DNA of 64,000 nt, taken from NCBI GenBank assembly GCA_039794085.1, contig JBDIWC010000005.1, forward strand, positions 1 through 64,000. Reading direction: 5' to 3'. Origin of the DNA: Gemmatimonadales bacterium (GTDB taxonomy: Bacteria; Gemmatimonadota; Gemmatimonadetes; Gemmatimonadales; GWC2-71-9). This document shows, in pieces, positions 28,615 through 38,418 of this stretch (position 1 is the stretch's first letter; each line of letters opens with the position of its first letter). The notes beneath the pieces are model-generated. The model searched no databases and was not told where the DNA came from. It saw only the letters and a list, made by a program, of their open reading frames with translations. The translations under genes and the position numbers were made by a program.

Positions 28615-29097
28615 TCAGGCCGTTCGGTCCAGCATGACACCCTCGGGAGCCGGATCGGTTGCCCCGTCGGGGACTCGCATCGCAAAGAGCTGCTGGAGCA
28701 TGGCCTCGCCGGCCTGCAAGGCCCTTCGGAGGACGAGCTGAGTGATGGCGGCATCCTGTGCGGCGGCTCGGTAGGTGCGCCGGAGGGTCTCCTGCACTTC
28801 CCGCAGCATCGGCCGGGACTCGGGCGGCAGGGCGGCAATCACCGCGTCAAGAGTCCCCTCGGTGTTTCCGAGCACGGCGTCGACCAGCCCGAAGCGTTGG
28901 CGCCGAACATCGCCCAGCGCCAGAACGGTCCGGGCGATGGACAGGGTGGCTTCCTCCACCTGGGCCGGATTGTCCTCGGCCACACCGGCGCGCTGATCCT
29001 CCAAAGCGTGGCGCAGGACAGTGACGAGGTTTGTCTCCACGTGCAGCGCCTGGACCAGAGCCTGGGTCGGCGTGCCGGGGGGCGTAGGGTGGGTCAT
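28615..29097 (-). CDS. flgN: FlgN-like export chaperone
   Basis: Helical 160 aa immediately upstream of flgK; ends GVMLDRTA. Confidence 0.6.
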   Translation of the reverse strand: MTHPTPPGTPTQALVQALHVETNLVTVLRHALEDQRAGVAEDNPAQVEEATLSIARTVLALGDVRRQRFGLVDAVLGNTEGTLDAVIAALPPESRPMLREVQETLRRTYRAAAQDAAITQLVLRRALQAGEAMLQQLFAMRVPDGATDPAPEGVMLDRTA

Positions 29098-29390
29098 CCC
29101 TGCTCCGGGGGTGGGAGGTGGCGGCTGAGCTGTCGGTAGATGGCTTCACCGATGCCCCGCGTTGACCGCGCGGCGGTCAGCTGACTCAACTGCTCGTCGA
29201 GCATTCCGGTGAACATCCTTTCGCCCTCCGAGGGAGCCGCTCCGCTTTCCTGGGGGACGGTGGCTCGCATGGCCTGGAAGAGCTGCTGGAGGAAGACCGC
29301 TTCCAGTGTGGCGGATGCTTCGCGCAGTCGGACCCGGGGATCGGCCGGGAGGTTTCCCGCCAGCGGGGGACTCATGTCGAGCGGTCTCAT
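29094..29390 (-). CDS. flgJ: FlgJ-like rod-binding protein (no muramidase domain)
   Basis: LREASATLEAVFLQQLFQAMRATVP...MFTGMLDEQL...GIGEAIYRQL. Confidence 0.82.
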   Translation of the reverse strand: MRPLDMSPPLAGNLPADPRVRLREASATLEAVFLQQLFQAMRATVPQESGAAPSEGERMFTGMLDEQLSQLTAARSTRGIGEAIYRQLSRHLPPPEQG

Positions 29391-30433
29391 CGGATCTGTA
29401 TCCTTGCCCGGAGGGCGCCGAGGGCGGTCAAGGCCTCAAACACGGAAATGATCTCTTCCCCCGACGCTCCGGCGGCATGCAGGCCCGCGAGCACATCGTG
29501 GGCGCTGGCCCCCGAGGCCACGTCGACCACTCCCTCGGGGAGGGATTCCCCCTCGGGCGGGGCGGGGGCTCCCACCCGTACGGTGAGCCCTCCGATCGCG
29601 ACGGTGGCGGATCCGATTTGGATCTCCCCTCCCGTCACCACGAGTCCGCTGCGCGCATCGATCACGATCGTGGGAGGGATGGGCGCGTTCACCGGGAGCG
29701 TGTCCACGGCGGCCAGGAACCGCAAGGGATTGTCGGCATCGGCGGTGTCCGGCTTGAGTCGCACCAGTCCCGGGTCGGCCACTTCCGCGACGTCCGCGCC
29801 GTAGGTCGCCTGCACGACCCGGGCGATCCGATCGGCGGTCACGAGGTCCGGCCGTCTCAGGACGAGACCCAGCGGGGTCTGGGGAAGGTCGGGAAGGGCG
29901 TACTCGAGAGAGCCACCGTCCGGTATTCGCGCGCTGTTTCCGCGGCTCCGTCCGCGCGTCCCCCCGCGCGGGGAAGGATCATCCACGAGGACGGGGCCCT
30001 GGGCGGTGGCCACGGGAGGGGTGTCCGGTCCGGTGAGAAGGGGCGTCGTCCAGAGGACTCCCCCGCGCAACGACGTGGCGTCGCCGAGGGAGGCGACTTG
30101 AATCTCGAATTGGCCCCCGGGCCGGAGCCAGGGGGAAACCACGGCTGTGACGAGGACGGCGGCGACATTGCGTAACCGCATCCGATCGGGGGGCACCTCG
30201 ATGTTGAACCGGCGCAGAAGATTGACGACCGACTGGACGGTCATCACCGTGCCGGAATTGATGCCATGGGAGCGGTCACCGGTGCCGTCCAGGCCGACGA
30301 CCAGGCCGTAGCCCACGAGGCGGACCGGAACATCGCCGCTGTGGCTTGCCAGGTCCCGGATGCGCTGCGCGTCGAGACGGGGAACGGAAAGAGCCGACAG
30401 GCCGAGGAGAACGGTGAGACCGAAGGCTCTCAT
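29387..30433 (-). CDS. flgI: P-ring protein FlgI
   Basis: LVGYGLVVGLDGTGD, NVAAVLVTA, SLGDATSLRGG. Confidence 0.95.
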   Translation of the reverse strand: MRAFGLTVLLGLSALSVPRLDAQRIRDLASHSGDVPVRLVGYGLVVGLDGTGDRSHGINSGTVMTVQSVVNLLRRFNIEVPPDRMRLRNVAAVLVTAVVSPWLRPGGQFEIQVASLGDATSLRGGVLWTTPLLTGPDTPPVATAQGPVLVDDPSPRGGTRGRSRGNSARIPDGGSLEYALPDLPQTPLGLVLRRPDLVTADRIARVVQATYGADVAEVADPGLVRLKPDTADADNPLRFLAAVDTLPVNAPIPPTIVIDARSGLVVTGGEIQIGSATVAIGGLTVRVGAPAPPEGESLPEGVVDVASGASAHDVLAGLHAAGASGEEIISVFEALTALGALRARIQIR

Positions 30434-31029
30434 GGCCAGATGATCCCGATGATCTTGCCCAGGATTCCGGTGTGGGGGCTGATCTTCTTGCCGCTGTAGC
30501 TGATTTCGGCGTCGGCGATGCGGGAGGAATGCACGACATTCGCGGATGACACATCCTGAGCCCGCACGATGCCGGCCACCCGAAGTTCCTGAGGACGTTT
30601 GTCCACGGTCACCCGGCGGTTCCCTTCGATGTGCAGGTTGCCCGCGGCATCCACGGCGGTGACGCGGACGGACATGGAGGCGAGAAGGCCGCCCCCTCTC
30701 TCCACATTGCCGCGTTCGTTGGACCTCTGGTTCAGCCCGGCACCAAACTGGCTTCCGGTGAGCGTGCCATCGGTTCCGAATCCGGCCTTCTGCCCCCGAT
30801 CGGACACGGCGGACACGGTGGTTCGCTCGGAGGCTGTGGATTGTTCGTCGATCAGGACGGTGAGGATGTCGCCGGGACGCAACGGGCGACTGTCGGAGAG
30901 CCAGCCCGCCCGCGCAGGACGCGAGACCGGAGTGGAGTCGGCTTGTTGTGCGGCGGCCGCCACGGGGAACAGAACGGCGGCCATCAGGCAGAGACCGAAG
31001 GGGTATCGGGGTAACATGGTGGTCCTCAT
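30430..31029 (-). CDS. flgH: L-ring protein FlgH
   Basis: GDILTVLIDE, GNLHIEG, GIVRAQDVSSANVVHSSRIADAEISY. Confidence 0.9.
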   Translation of the reverse strand: MRTTMLPRYPFGLCLMAAVLFPVAAAAQQADSTPVSRPARAGWLSDSRPLRPGDILTVLIDEQSTASERTTVSAVSDRGQKAGFGTDGTLTGSQFGAGLNQRSNERGNVERGGGLLASMSVRVTAVDAAGNLHIEGNRRVTVDKRPQELRVAGIVRAQDVSSANVVHSSRIADAEISYSGKKISPHTGILGKIIGIIWP

Positions 31030-31706
31030 GGGAGAAGCCGGGCGGTGCCGGGCCCGGTGACGATTCCGGTGACGCTCGCGGTGCGGCCCGTCACCCGGGC
31101 CCGGAGCCGTTCCCCGGACCGGGCGGCGTGTTCGGCCCGACCTTCGATCTCGATCTCCACCCGCTGCCGGGCCCAGACGAGGCGGACGGGATCCCCTCGG
31201 CGGACCACGACTGGGGGCACTACTGACGGGGGGAGCACGAGGTCTCCCGGGGCCACGGGGCGCCGGGCGATCCACCCCGGGCCGGGGGTCGCCGGGGTGG
31301 GGTCGGGAGCGCCCCAGCGGAGGCGGGTTTCCAGGTGGAGACTCTCGGAAGTCAAGGTGTCGCCCGGAGCCACGGGGAGGAGGGCCACCGGCGAGGGAGT
31401 CAAGACTCCGGCTCGCACCTGGCCGACGACCCCTCGGTGGGTGGGGTCGGCGACGACCGCGAACCACCCATGAGTCCCCCGCCCGGTCAGCTGGACATCG
31501 CTTCCGGCGGGGAGGTCGTGGAGCCGGTGAGGCCCCCAGTGCAACCGAACCCGATCCGGCGGGACGCCCCATGTGCGGGCTACGAGGGTGGTCACCTGCC
31601 GCTCGATCGCGGAGTCGGGGGAGGCGGGAGGGGGCGCCTGGATCTGCGCCTGAACCGGCACCACCCCGGCGAGGCCCACCAGGAAGAGATCAACGCAGGA
31701 TTTCAT
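31026..31706 (-). CDS. flgA: P-ring chaperone FlgA
   Basis: SAF-like PVAPGD repeats, VVRRGDPVRLV, EGRA...GERLR; lies between flgG and flgH. Confidence 0.85.
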   Translation of the reverse strand: MKSCVDLFLVGLAGVVPVQAQIQAPPPASPDSAIERQVTTLVARTWGVPPDRVRLHWGPHRLHDLPAGSDVQLTGRGTHGWFAVVADPTHRGVVGQVRAGVLTPSPVALLPVAPGDTLTSESLHLETRLRWGAPDPTPATPGPGWIARRPVAPGDLVLPPSVVPPVVVRRGDPVRLVWARQRVEIEIEGRAEHAARSGERLRARVTGRTASVTGIVTGPGTARLLP

Positions 31707-32478
31707 TGGTCACCCGCATCATGTCCTCCCCGGCGCTCATGGCCCGCGCGTTGATCTCATAGGCGCGCTGAGCCGCGATCATGTCCACCATCTCCTGTAC
31801 AATCTCGACGTTGCTCGCTTCCAACGTTCCCTGGAGTACCCGCCCGAACCCGGCATCCTGAGCAAAGCCGGTGATGGGGCGCCCGGAGGCTTCGGTTTCC
31901 GCCAGCAGGTTCTCGCCAAGGTTCAGGAGTCCGCTCGGGTTGACGAACCGGGCAATCTCGATACGACCGATCTCGAGGCTCTCCCCGGCGGTTCCCTGTT
32001 GCACCGTGATGACTCCCGACGACGCCACCGTGAGGGTGCCGGATTCCGGTGGGACCGTGATGCCGGGGAGCACGCGGTACCCGCCATGGGTCACGATCTC
32101 GCCATCGGCCGAGAGGCCGAAGCTGCCGTCCCGGGTGTAGGCGATGGTGCCATCGGGGCGTTCGACCTGGAAGAAACCCTCGCCGTCGATGGCCAGATCC
32201 AGGCTGCGTCCGGTGCCCTCGGCGGCCCCTTGAGAATGGATCCGGGGGATCGCGGCGAGCCGGGTGCCCTTGCCGATCTGGATGGCTTCGACCGCCCCCC
32301 CGCCGGAAGCATTCGCAATGCGGGGCCCCTGGATGGTCTGGTACAGCACATCCTCGAAGGCGGCCCGGCTTCGTTTGAATCCGGTCGTGTTGACGTTCGC
32401 CAGGTTGTTGGCGATCACGTCGATCATGGTCTGTTGGGCCTGCATCCCGCTGGCGGAGGTCCGAAGCGTCGGGTTCAT
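31690..32478 (-). CDS. flgG: Distal rod protein FlgG
   Basis: ANNLANVNTTGFK, YTRDGSF, LEASNVEIVQEMVDMIAAQRAYE. Confidence 0.96.
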   Translation of the reverse strand: MNPTLRTSASGMQAQQTMIDVIANNLANVNTTGFKRSRAAFEDVLYQTIQGPRIANASGGGAVEAIQIGKGTRLAAIPRIHSQGAAEGTGRSLDLAIDGEGFFQVERPDGTIAYTRDGSFGLSADGEIVTHGGYRVLPGITVPPESGTLTVASSGVITVQQGTAGESLEIGRIEIARFVNPSGLLNLGENLLAETEASGRPITGFAQDAGFGRVLQGTLEASNVEIVQEMVDMIAAQRAYEINARAMSAGEDMMRVTNEILR

Positions 32479-32502
32479 GGCAAGGTTCCTTCTTCTGGGA
32501 GA

Positions 32503-33195
32503 TCAGACGCGGCCCACGTCACCCACGACCGTGCCGAGCACGCCGTCGAGAGTGCGCATGGCTTCCACGTTCGTGCTGTAGGCGCGCTGGATGAGCAGCA
32601 GATCCATCATGCCGCGAACCGCGTCCATGTTGGCCTCCTCGAGCATCCCTTCCTGCACGGTGGTCACACCCTCTGTCACGGGAGTCGGGGCAGTCAGGGC
32701 GAGGTACCGGCCCTGCCCCTCCTTGCGCAGCTGATCGGCGGGCGCGGTGACGACTCGCAGCTGTCCAACCGGCGCGTCGTCGACGAGGACGGTGCCATCG
32801 CGGCGGATGGCGATCTCACCCGGAGGAAGTGCGATGATTCCTCCGCCGGCATCCAGCAGGGGATCGCCATGGCGATCGGTGAGACGACCCACGCCATCGA
32901 GTTGGAGACCCCCGCCCCGGAAGAGGCGTTCCCCGCTGTCCGTTTGAACGACCAGAAATCCCGGTCCCTCGAGGGCCACGTCGAGCGGACGAGCGGTCTG
33001 ACGCAAGGCCCCCTGGCTCAGATCGAGTTCCTGGACAGGCACCGGGAACGGGGAGTCAGCGTCCTGGCGGGCGGTGATCCGGAACGCCTTGAAGGCCTCG
33101 GAGGACACGTTCGCCAGGTTGTTGGCCATCGTTTCCTGGGCGGTCGTGTAGTAGCCCAGGCTCCGTGCCAGGGCGTGGATACCGTCAGGGGGCAT
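32503..33195 (-). CDS. flgF: Proximal rod protein FlgF
   Basis: ANNLANVS, PLDVALEGPGF, LEEANMD; upstream of flgG. Confidence 0.9.
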   Translation of the reverse strand: MPPDGIHALARSLGYYTTAQETMANNLANVSSEAFKAFRITARQDADSPFPVPVQELDLSQGALRQTARPLDVALEGPGFLVVQTDSGERLFRGGGLQLDGVGRLTDRHGDPLLDAGGGIIALPPGEIAIRRDGTVLVDDAPVGQLRVVTAPADQLRKEGQGRYLALTAPTPVTEGVTTVQEGMLEEANMDAVRGMMDLLLIQRAYSTNVEAMRTLDGVLGTVVGDVGRV

Positions 33196-33258
33196 GCCGG
33201 TCCGTCCTTCCGCCGAGGTGAAAGCTGCCGGTTGCAGAGGTCGTCGTCCTGGGAAAAG

Positions 33259-33273
33259 GCAAGCTCCGTGCCG
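33259..33273 (-). promoter_or_regulatory. Sigma54 promoter of the flgF operon
   Basis: CGGCACGGAGCTTGC (GG-N10-GC). Confidence 0.8.
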
Positions 33274-33289
33274 GTCCGTCTTTGTGATG

Positions 33290-33302
33290 TAACACGTTGA
33301 TA
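33290..33302 (-). promoter_or_regulatory. IHF binding site
   Basis: TATCAACGTGTTA, a perfect match to WATCAANNNNTTR, just upstream of the sigma54 promoter. Confidence 0.7.
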
Positions 33303-33312
33303 TTCCATGGCC

Positions 33313-33813
33313 TTACCCGTTGCCAGCGGGGGCCGCGGGAGTCGGGTCCGATCTCGATACCGGCAAGGGATTCCGGTGCTGCCGGGCGATGAGGAACCGG
33401 GCGGCGTCACGGGCGAGCCCGGTGCGGCTGGTCCAGTGACCAAGATTGGTGGCGGGAGTGGGCCGCCTATCGTTTCGGCGCCGCCGAACAGAGACCACGC
33501 CGTACCCCAGGAGGGCCAGCGAGGCGCCTCCCGCGAGAACGAGGAGGACTCTCTGCCGGGTTTGAGGATCGGTGGCCATGGCTCGGGAGACGAGGTCACG
33601 GCCTCCTCGGCTGATCCGGCCCCGGGTCTGGGCCACCCGTTCCGCCAACGGAAGACGCGGGCCGGGGGGCGTGGGCGCGAGCACGGGCGCGTTCGCCGGA
33701 GGACGGGGGGCGGGGCTGGCGAGCCACCGTCCCGACCACGAGAGCGTCACCAGAAGTATCACGGTGATGAGGACGGACGTCCACGCCGCCCGGCTCACGA
33801 GGCCTCGGCCCAT
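33313..33813 (-). CDS. Hypothetical membrane protein downstream of fliA
   Basis: Two hydrophobic segments; C-terminal TGLARDAARFL; overlaps the fliA end. Confidence 0.55.
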   Translation of the reverse strand: MGRGLVSRAAWTSVLITVILLVTLSWSGRWLASPAPRPPANAPVLAPTPPGPRLPLAERVAQTRGRISRGGRDLVSRAMATDPQTRQRVLLVLAGGASLALLGYGVVSVRRRRNDRRPTPATNLGHWTSRTGLARDAARFLIARQHRNPLPVSRSDPTPAAPAGNG

Positions 33814-34550
33814 GCGGGTGCCAATCGGGTCCGCAGCAAGTGCAAGGTCTCGCTCCGGATCTGGGATACGCGTGACTCGGTGACGTGCAGGACCTCGGCG
33901 ATCTGCCGCTGGTTCAGTTCCTCATAGTAGTAAAGCGTGAGCACGGTGCGGGCCCGGAGGGGGAGGTCGGCGATGGCCTGACGAAGAAGGGCGGCGGATT
34001 CCCGTCGCTGCAGGCTCTCATCGGGGAGCATGGCGCGAAGATCGGCGATCCGCTCGGCGGGGGTGGTCCCTCCGTCCTCGGGGGTGTCAAGTTCCGTGGG
34101 CGAACCGGTGGCGGCCTCGTCCTTCCAGCGCCAGTAGGTGGCCAGGTCGATGTCCAGGCGGTGCGCGATTTCCGTGGGTGTGGGGGGGCGGTCCAGTTCC
34201 GCGTGGAGGGCGCTGGTGGCCGCGTCGAGCTGGCGGCCGTGGTCGCGCACCGACCGGGGACGGCTGTCGCAGGCGCGGAGCTCATCGAGCATGGCGCCGC
34301 GGATGCGCTGGGTGGCGAACGTGGAAAACGCGAACCCCCGGTCGAGGTCGAAGGTTTCGAGGGCCCCGACGAGTCCGATGGTGCCGGCACTGACCAGGTC
34401 CCCAAACTCCACGGAGTGGTGCACCCGCTGGTGGATGCCGCGCGCCACGTGGTAGACGAGGCCGAGGTAGCGCTCGAGGAGCAGGGTCCGTGTTTCCGGG
34501 TCCCCCGTGTCGCGGTAACGGTGCCAGAGTGCGTCGGCGACGGTGGTCAT
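33795..34550 (-). CDS. fliA: Sigma-28 factor FliA/WhiG
   Basis: DLVSAGTIGL, FSTFATQRIRGAMLDELR, LYYYEELNQRQIAEVLHVTESRVSQI. Confidence 0.95.
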   Translation of the reverse strand: MTTVADALWHRYRDTGDPETRTLLLERYLGLVYHVARGIHQRVHHSVEFGDLVSAGTIGLVGALETFDLDRGFAFSTFATQRIRGAMLDELRACDSRPRSVRDHGRQLDAATSALHAELDRPPTPTEIAHRLDIDLATYWRWKDEAATGSPTELDTPEDGGTTPAERIADLRAMLPDESLQRRESAALLRQAIADLPLRARTVLTLYYYEELNQRQIAEVLHVTESRVSQIRSETLHLLRTRLAPAWAEAS

Positions 34551-34554
34551 GAGA

Positions 34555-35415
34555 TTACCTCGGGTCCGGGACCAATGCGGGCTCGGCGGTTGCGGGGGGC
34601 CGGGCCGTGAGGGAGGGGAGCGGAATGCGGGTGAGAATCTCCTCCATCGCCCGCCATGCAGGATGGGGTAGGAGATCCAGAAGACCGGCGGTTTGGCGGG
34701 CGGCGCGCCGGAGGGCCGGATCCTCGGGCACATCCCCGACCCGGCGAAGATCCCGGTGAAGGAACCGTGAGGTGGCCTTGGCCAGCCGGGCGTGGACCTC
34801 CACTCCCTCGTCCGCGTTGGTGACACGGTTGACGAGAAGATCCAGGGGGAGATTCGGTATCTGAGTGGTGACAACCTTGATCAGGGCATAGGCGTCCGTC
34901 AGGGCCGTGGGCTCGGGAGCCGTGACGACGATCAACCGTGAGGCCCGCATGGTGGCCACGCGGACGGCGGCCTCCAGACCGGCTCCGGCATCCACCATCA
35001 CGACATCGAAATCGTCGTACAGGGCGCTCAGGCGGTGGTGGAGGCGGGCCCGGTCGGTGGGTCCGAGCGCGTAGAGGGCCCGTGCTCCTGAATCCCCCGG
35101 GACGAGCCAGACCTTCTCGGCTACCGGATGTACGAGGTCGGTGACGGAGCCACCGGACTCGAGCAGATCCTCCAGGCGAAAGCGGGGCCGGACTCCGAGC
35201 AGGACGTGGAGATTGCCGAGATTCTGGGCTCCGTCCAGGAGCAGCACACGTCGTCCCTGGCGAGCCAGACAGCCCGCCGCGAGGGCGGTAAGGACGGACT
35301 TGCCCACTCCGCCCTTGCCGCTGCCGATGACGAGGGCCTGGGGTTCTCCCAGGGAGGGCTCTCCCACGGGACGCCGCCCCACCATCGCCCGGAGGGCTGC
35401 CGCCTGATCGGTCAT
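34555..35415 (-). CDS. flhG: MinD-like flagellar number regulator FlhG/FleN
   Basis: MTDQAAALR, SGKGGVGKS, VDAGAG, PEPTALTDAYALIK. Confidence 0.93.
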   Translation of the reverse strand: MTDQAAALRAMVGRRPVGEPSLGEPQALVIGSGKGGVGKSVLTALAAGCLARQGRRVLLLDGAQNLGNLHVLLGVRPRFRLEDLLESGGSVTDLVHPVAEKVWLVPGDSGARALYALGPTDRARLHHRLSALYDDFDVVMVDAGAGLEAAVRVATMRASRLIVVTAPEPTALTDAYALIKVVTTQIPNLPLDLLVNRVTNADEGVEVHARLAKATSRFLHRDLRRVGDVPEDPALRRAARQTAGLLDLLPHPAWRAMEEILTRIPLPSLTARPPATAEPALVPDPR

Positions 35416-36254
35416 GCGACCGCGTCCTGTCCTGCCCCGCGCCACACGCGGTGGCCCGCAGCGACATATCCGCTGAGGGCGGGGGCGAGATGGCGTGGGA
35501 CATCCTGGCCGTTGGTCTGCCACCGCATGGCAAGACCGGTGCTGACGGCGAGGGTGAAGGGTCCGCTGTCCTCGGGGCATTCATCAATCTTGGTCGCGAG
35601 AACGTGAGTGGGACCCAACGGGCGGTAGGTGGTGGCATAGGCGCGTGCGAGGCGAGGGAGCAACCCGGCGGGAATGCTGAGGTGCACCTCGGCGGGGCGC
35701 AGGCGCTCGAGCCAGGTCCGGATGACGGAGAGATCATCCCGGCCTTCCGGTCCGCGTCCCGGGGTATCCACCAGGATCACCCTGCAGTCCCGCATCCGGC
35801 GCAGGGACCGCGTGATGTCCTCCTCTTGGTGGATGATGGCGCACGGGAGACCCGCCAAGTCGGCGTAGGTTTGCAGCTGCTCCGCGGCGCCGATCCGGAA
35901 GGTGTCGAGACCGATCAACCCCACCGTAGACTGCCCAAACACCTGGGGATGGGTGGCGATCTTGGCGATCGAGGTGGTCTTGCCGGATCCGGTCGGCCCG
36001 ACGAGTGCCACGACATGGGGGGAGGTGGTGGCCGGATCGAGTGGGGGCCGGAAGGAGGTCGTGGCCGCTCCGTGGAGGCTCAATCCCGGGACATGCAGAA
36101 CACCGGCGGTCGGGTCCCCGGCCTGGCACGCGATGAGTTGATATCCGTGCGGAACGCGACGCATGTCGAGGACGAGCGCATCCGGTCCCAGGCGTTGGTG
36201 AGCCGTGGCGAGCACGGTGCTGACGGAGGGTCCGCGGAAGGTTTCAGGAGGCAC
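35412..36254 (-). CDS. flhF: SRP-family GTPase FlhF (compact)
   Basis: GPTGSGKTTSIAK, DTFRIGAAEQL, DTPGR, TKIDE, TNGQDVP. Confidence 0.92.
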   Translation of the reverse strand: MPPETFRGPSVSTVLATAHQRLGPDALVLDMRRVPHGYQLIACQAGDPTAGVLHVPGLSLHGAATTSFRPPLDPATTSPHVVALVGPTGSGKTTSIAKIATHPQVFGQSTVGLIGLDTFRIGAAEQLQTYADLAGLPCAIIHQEEDITRSLRRMRDCRVILVDTPGRGPEGRDDLSVIRTWLERLRPAEVHLSIPAGLLPRLARAYATTYRPLGPTHVLATKIDECPEDSGPFTLAVSTGLAMRWQTNGQDVPRHLAPALSGYVAAGHRVWRGAGQDAVA

Positions 36255-38418
36255 GGGGGATCTCCCAGGTGCTGAGGCTGTGGAGGGGCATGTGCGCAGG
36301 AAGCTCGGCGAGGGAGAGCACGGGCACATGAGGGTGGACGGGTTCCAGCAGGCGGCGAATGCCCACCCGCAGGGCGGGTGGTGTGATGACGGGGCGGTAG
36401 TGTCCTTCCCGGCGCGCGGCGGTGGCCAGCTCACCAAAGGTTCGTAGCAGGTGAGTCAGGTCGTCCGCCCCGATCTGGGGCGGGGTCCCGGGGCGGGGGC
36501 TGAACAGGGTCATGAAGGCGGCCTCGAGCCGGGGGCCGACCGTGATTCCGCGCATGGCCCCATCGGGATCCGCGTGCAGATGGGCAATGGCCGAGGCCAG
36601 GGTCTTCCGCACATGCTCGGTGAGGACCTCGGGGTCCTTGGTTCCTTCGCTGGCGTCGCTCAGGGTTTCGAGGATGGTCGGCAGGTCCCGAACCGGGACT
36701 CCCTCGCGCAACAGGCGCTGCAGGACCCGATGCAGTGTCCCCAGCGTCAGTCGCTGGGGGATCGCGTCCTCGACGAGGGCGGGGTGGGTCTCCTTGAGAC
36801 CATCGAGCAGTTCGCGGACGTCCTGACGCGAGAGGAGCTCGGCCGCCTGGCGACGGATCGTCTCCAGCAGGTGGGTGGCGAGGACCGTGGCGGGTTCGAC
36901 CACACTGTAGCCGCTGACCTCCGCCTCCGCGCGGCGTTCTGGACTGATCCAGGTGGCGGGGAGCCCATAGGCCGGGTCGGTCGTCCGGATGCCTTCGAGG
37001 GGAGGGTTGGAGCCGGTGTTGTCGAGCGCCAGGAAGTATCGGGGGATGACCTCGCCCCCGGCCACGCGCACCCCGCGGACTTTGATCGCGTAGGACGTGG
37101 CAGGAAGCTGGATGTTGTCCCGGACCCGGATGGCCGGGATGACCATGCCGAGGTCGACCGCAAGCTGCTTGCGGATGATGCTGATCCGCTGGAGGAGATC
37201 CCCCCGCTGGGATTCGTCCACAAGGGATACGAGAGCGTATCCCACTTCGATTTCCAGGGGCTCGACCCGGAGCAGGTCGCGAAAGGGTGGGGCGGCCTCC
37301 TCGGTGGGACGCCCGGTGGGGACGGCGGCGTCGGCCAGGGCGAGGGCGGCCACGTCCTCCGCACGCCATGCCACCCCGGCGGCGGTGGCGGCCAGGAGCA
37401 GGAAGGGCAGCATGGGAAGGCCCGGGAGCAGCGCAAAGACGCCCAGCACACCGCTGGCCACCCAGATGGCCCGGGGCCGCCGGGTCAGCTGGCTCACGAC
37501 GGCCGGTCCCATCTCCGTGCTGGTCGTGCCGAAGGTCACGATCATGCCGGCGGCGGTGCTTACGATGAGCGACGGGATCTGGGACACCAGGCCGTCCCCG
37601 ACGGTGAGAACGGCATACCGGTTCATCGACTCGGCCGCCCCGAGCCCCTGCTGGAGCATGCCGACCAGGAACCCGCCCACGAGATTGATGCCGGTGATGA
37701 TCAACCCGGCAATCGCATCGCCGCGGACGAACTTGGCCGCGCCGTCCATGGCCCCGTAGAAGTCGGCGTGGCGGGCGATCTCGGCCCGGCGCTGGCGAGC
37801 CCCGACTTCGTCGATGAGACCGGCACTGAGGTCGGCGTCGATCGCCATCTGTTTGCCGGGCATGGCATCCAAGGTGAAGCGGGCGGCCACTTCCGCAATG
37901 CGCCCCGCGCCCTTGGTGATCACGACGAAGTTGATCACCACCAGGATGAGGAAGATCACGATCCCGACCACGAAATTGCCGCCGATGACGAATCCTCCGA
38001 ACGCCTCGATCACCCGGCCTGCCGTTCCCTCGCTCAGGATCAACCGCGTGCTGCTGACGTTGAGGCCGAGTCGCAGGAGCGTCAACAGCAAGAGCAGACT
38101 GGGGAAGACGCTGAACTCGGTGGGTTCACGCGTGGAGATCGTGACCAGCAACACCACGACGGAGAGACCCAGGCTCAAGGCCAGGAGCGCGTCGAGGAGA
38201 ATGGACGGCAGGGGAACGATCAACAGGGAAACAATGACCACGACCCCGATGGCCAATCCGGTTTCGGCGGGCAGTCCCCCGCGGAGCCGGTCCGACCAGT
38301 GCGGTTCCGGAACGGAGCCGGTGGCGGCCGAGGGGGTCCGCCCCCGGTCGCGGGGCGTCGGCCGCGTGAAGGGCACGGCGACGGCGGGTGCCGCTTCGTG
38401 GACGCTTGGCAAGGTCAT
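36244..38418 (-). CDS. flhA: Export apparatus protein FlhA
   Basis: FVVITKGAGRIAEVAARFTLDAMPGKQMAIDADL, DFYGAMDGAAKFVRGDAIAG. Confidence 0.97.
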   Translation of the reverse strand: MTLPSVHEAAPAVAVPFTRPTPRDRGRTPSAATGSVPEPHWSDRLRGGLPAETGLAIGVVVIVSLLIVPLPSILLDALLALSLGLSVVVLLVTISTREPTEFSVFPSLLLLLTLLRLGLNVSSTRLILSEGTAGRVIEAFGGFVIGGNFVVGIVIFLILVVINFVVITKGAGRIAEVAARFTLDAMPGKQMAIDADLSAGLIDEVGARQRRAEIARHADFYGAMDGAAKFVRGDAIAGLIITGINLVGGFLVGMLQQGLGAAESMNRYAVLTVGDGLVSQIPSLIVSTAAGMIVTFGTTSTEMGPAVVSQLTRRPRAIWVASGVLGVFALLPGLPMLPFLLLAATAAGVAWRAEDVAALALADAAVPTGRPTEEAAPPFRDLLRVEPLEIEVGYALVSLVDESQRGDLLQRISIIRKQLAVDLGMVIPAIRVRDNIQLPATSYAIKVRGVRVAGGEVIPRYFLALDNTGSNPPLEGIRTTDPAYGLPATWISPERRAEAEVSGYSVVEPATVLATHLLETIRRQAAELLSRQDVRELLDGLKETHPALVEDAIPQRLTLGTLHRVLQRLLREGVPVRDLPTILETLSDASEGTKDPEVLTEHVRKTLASAIAHLHADPDGAMRGITVGPRLEAAFMTLFSPRPGTPPQIGADDLTHLLRTFGELATAARREGHYRPVITPPALRVGIRRLLEPVHPHVPVLSLAELPAHMPLHSLSTWEIPRAS

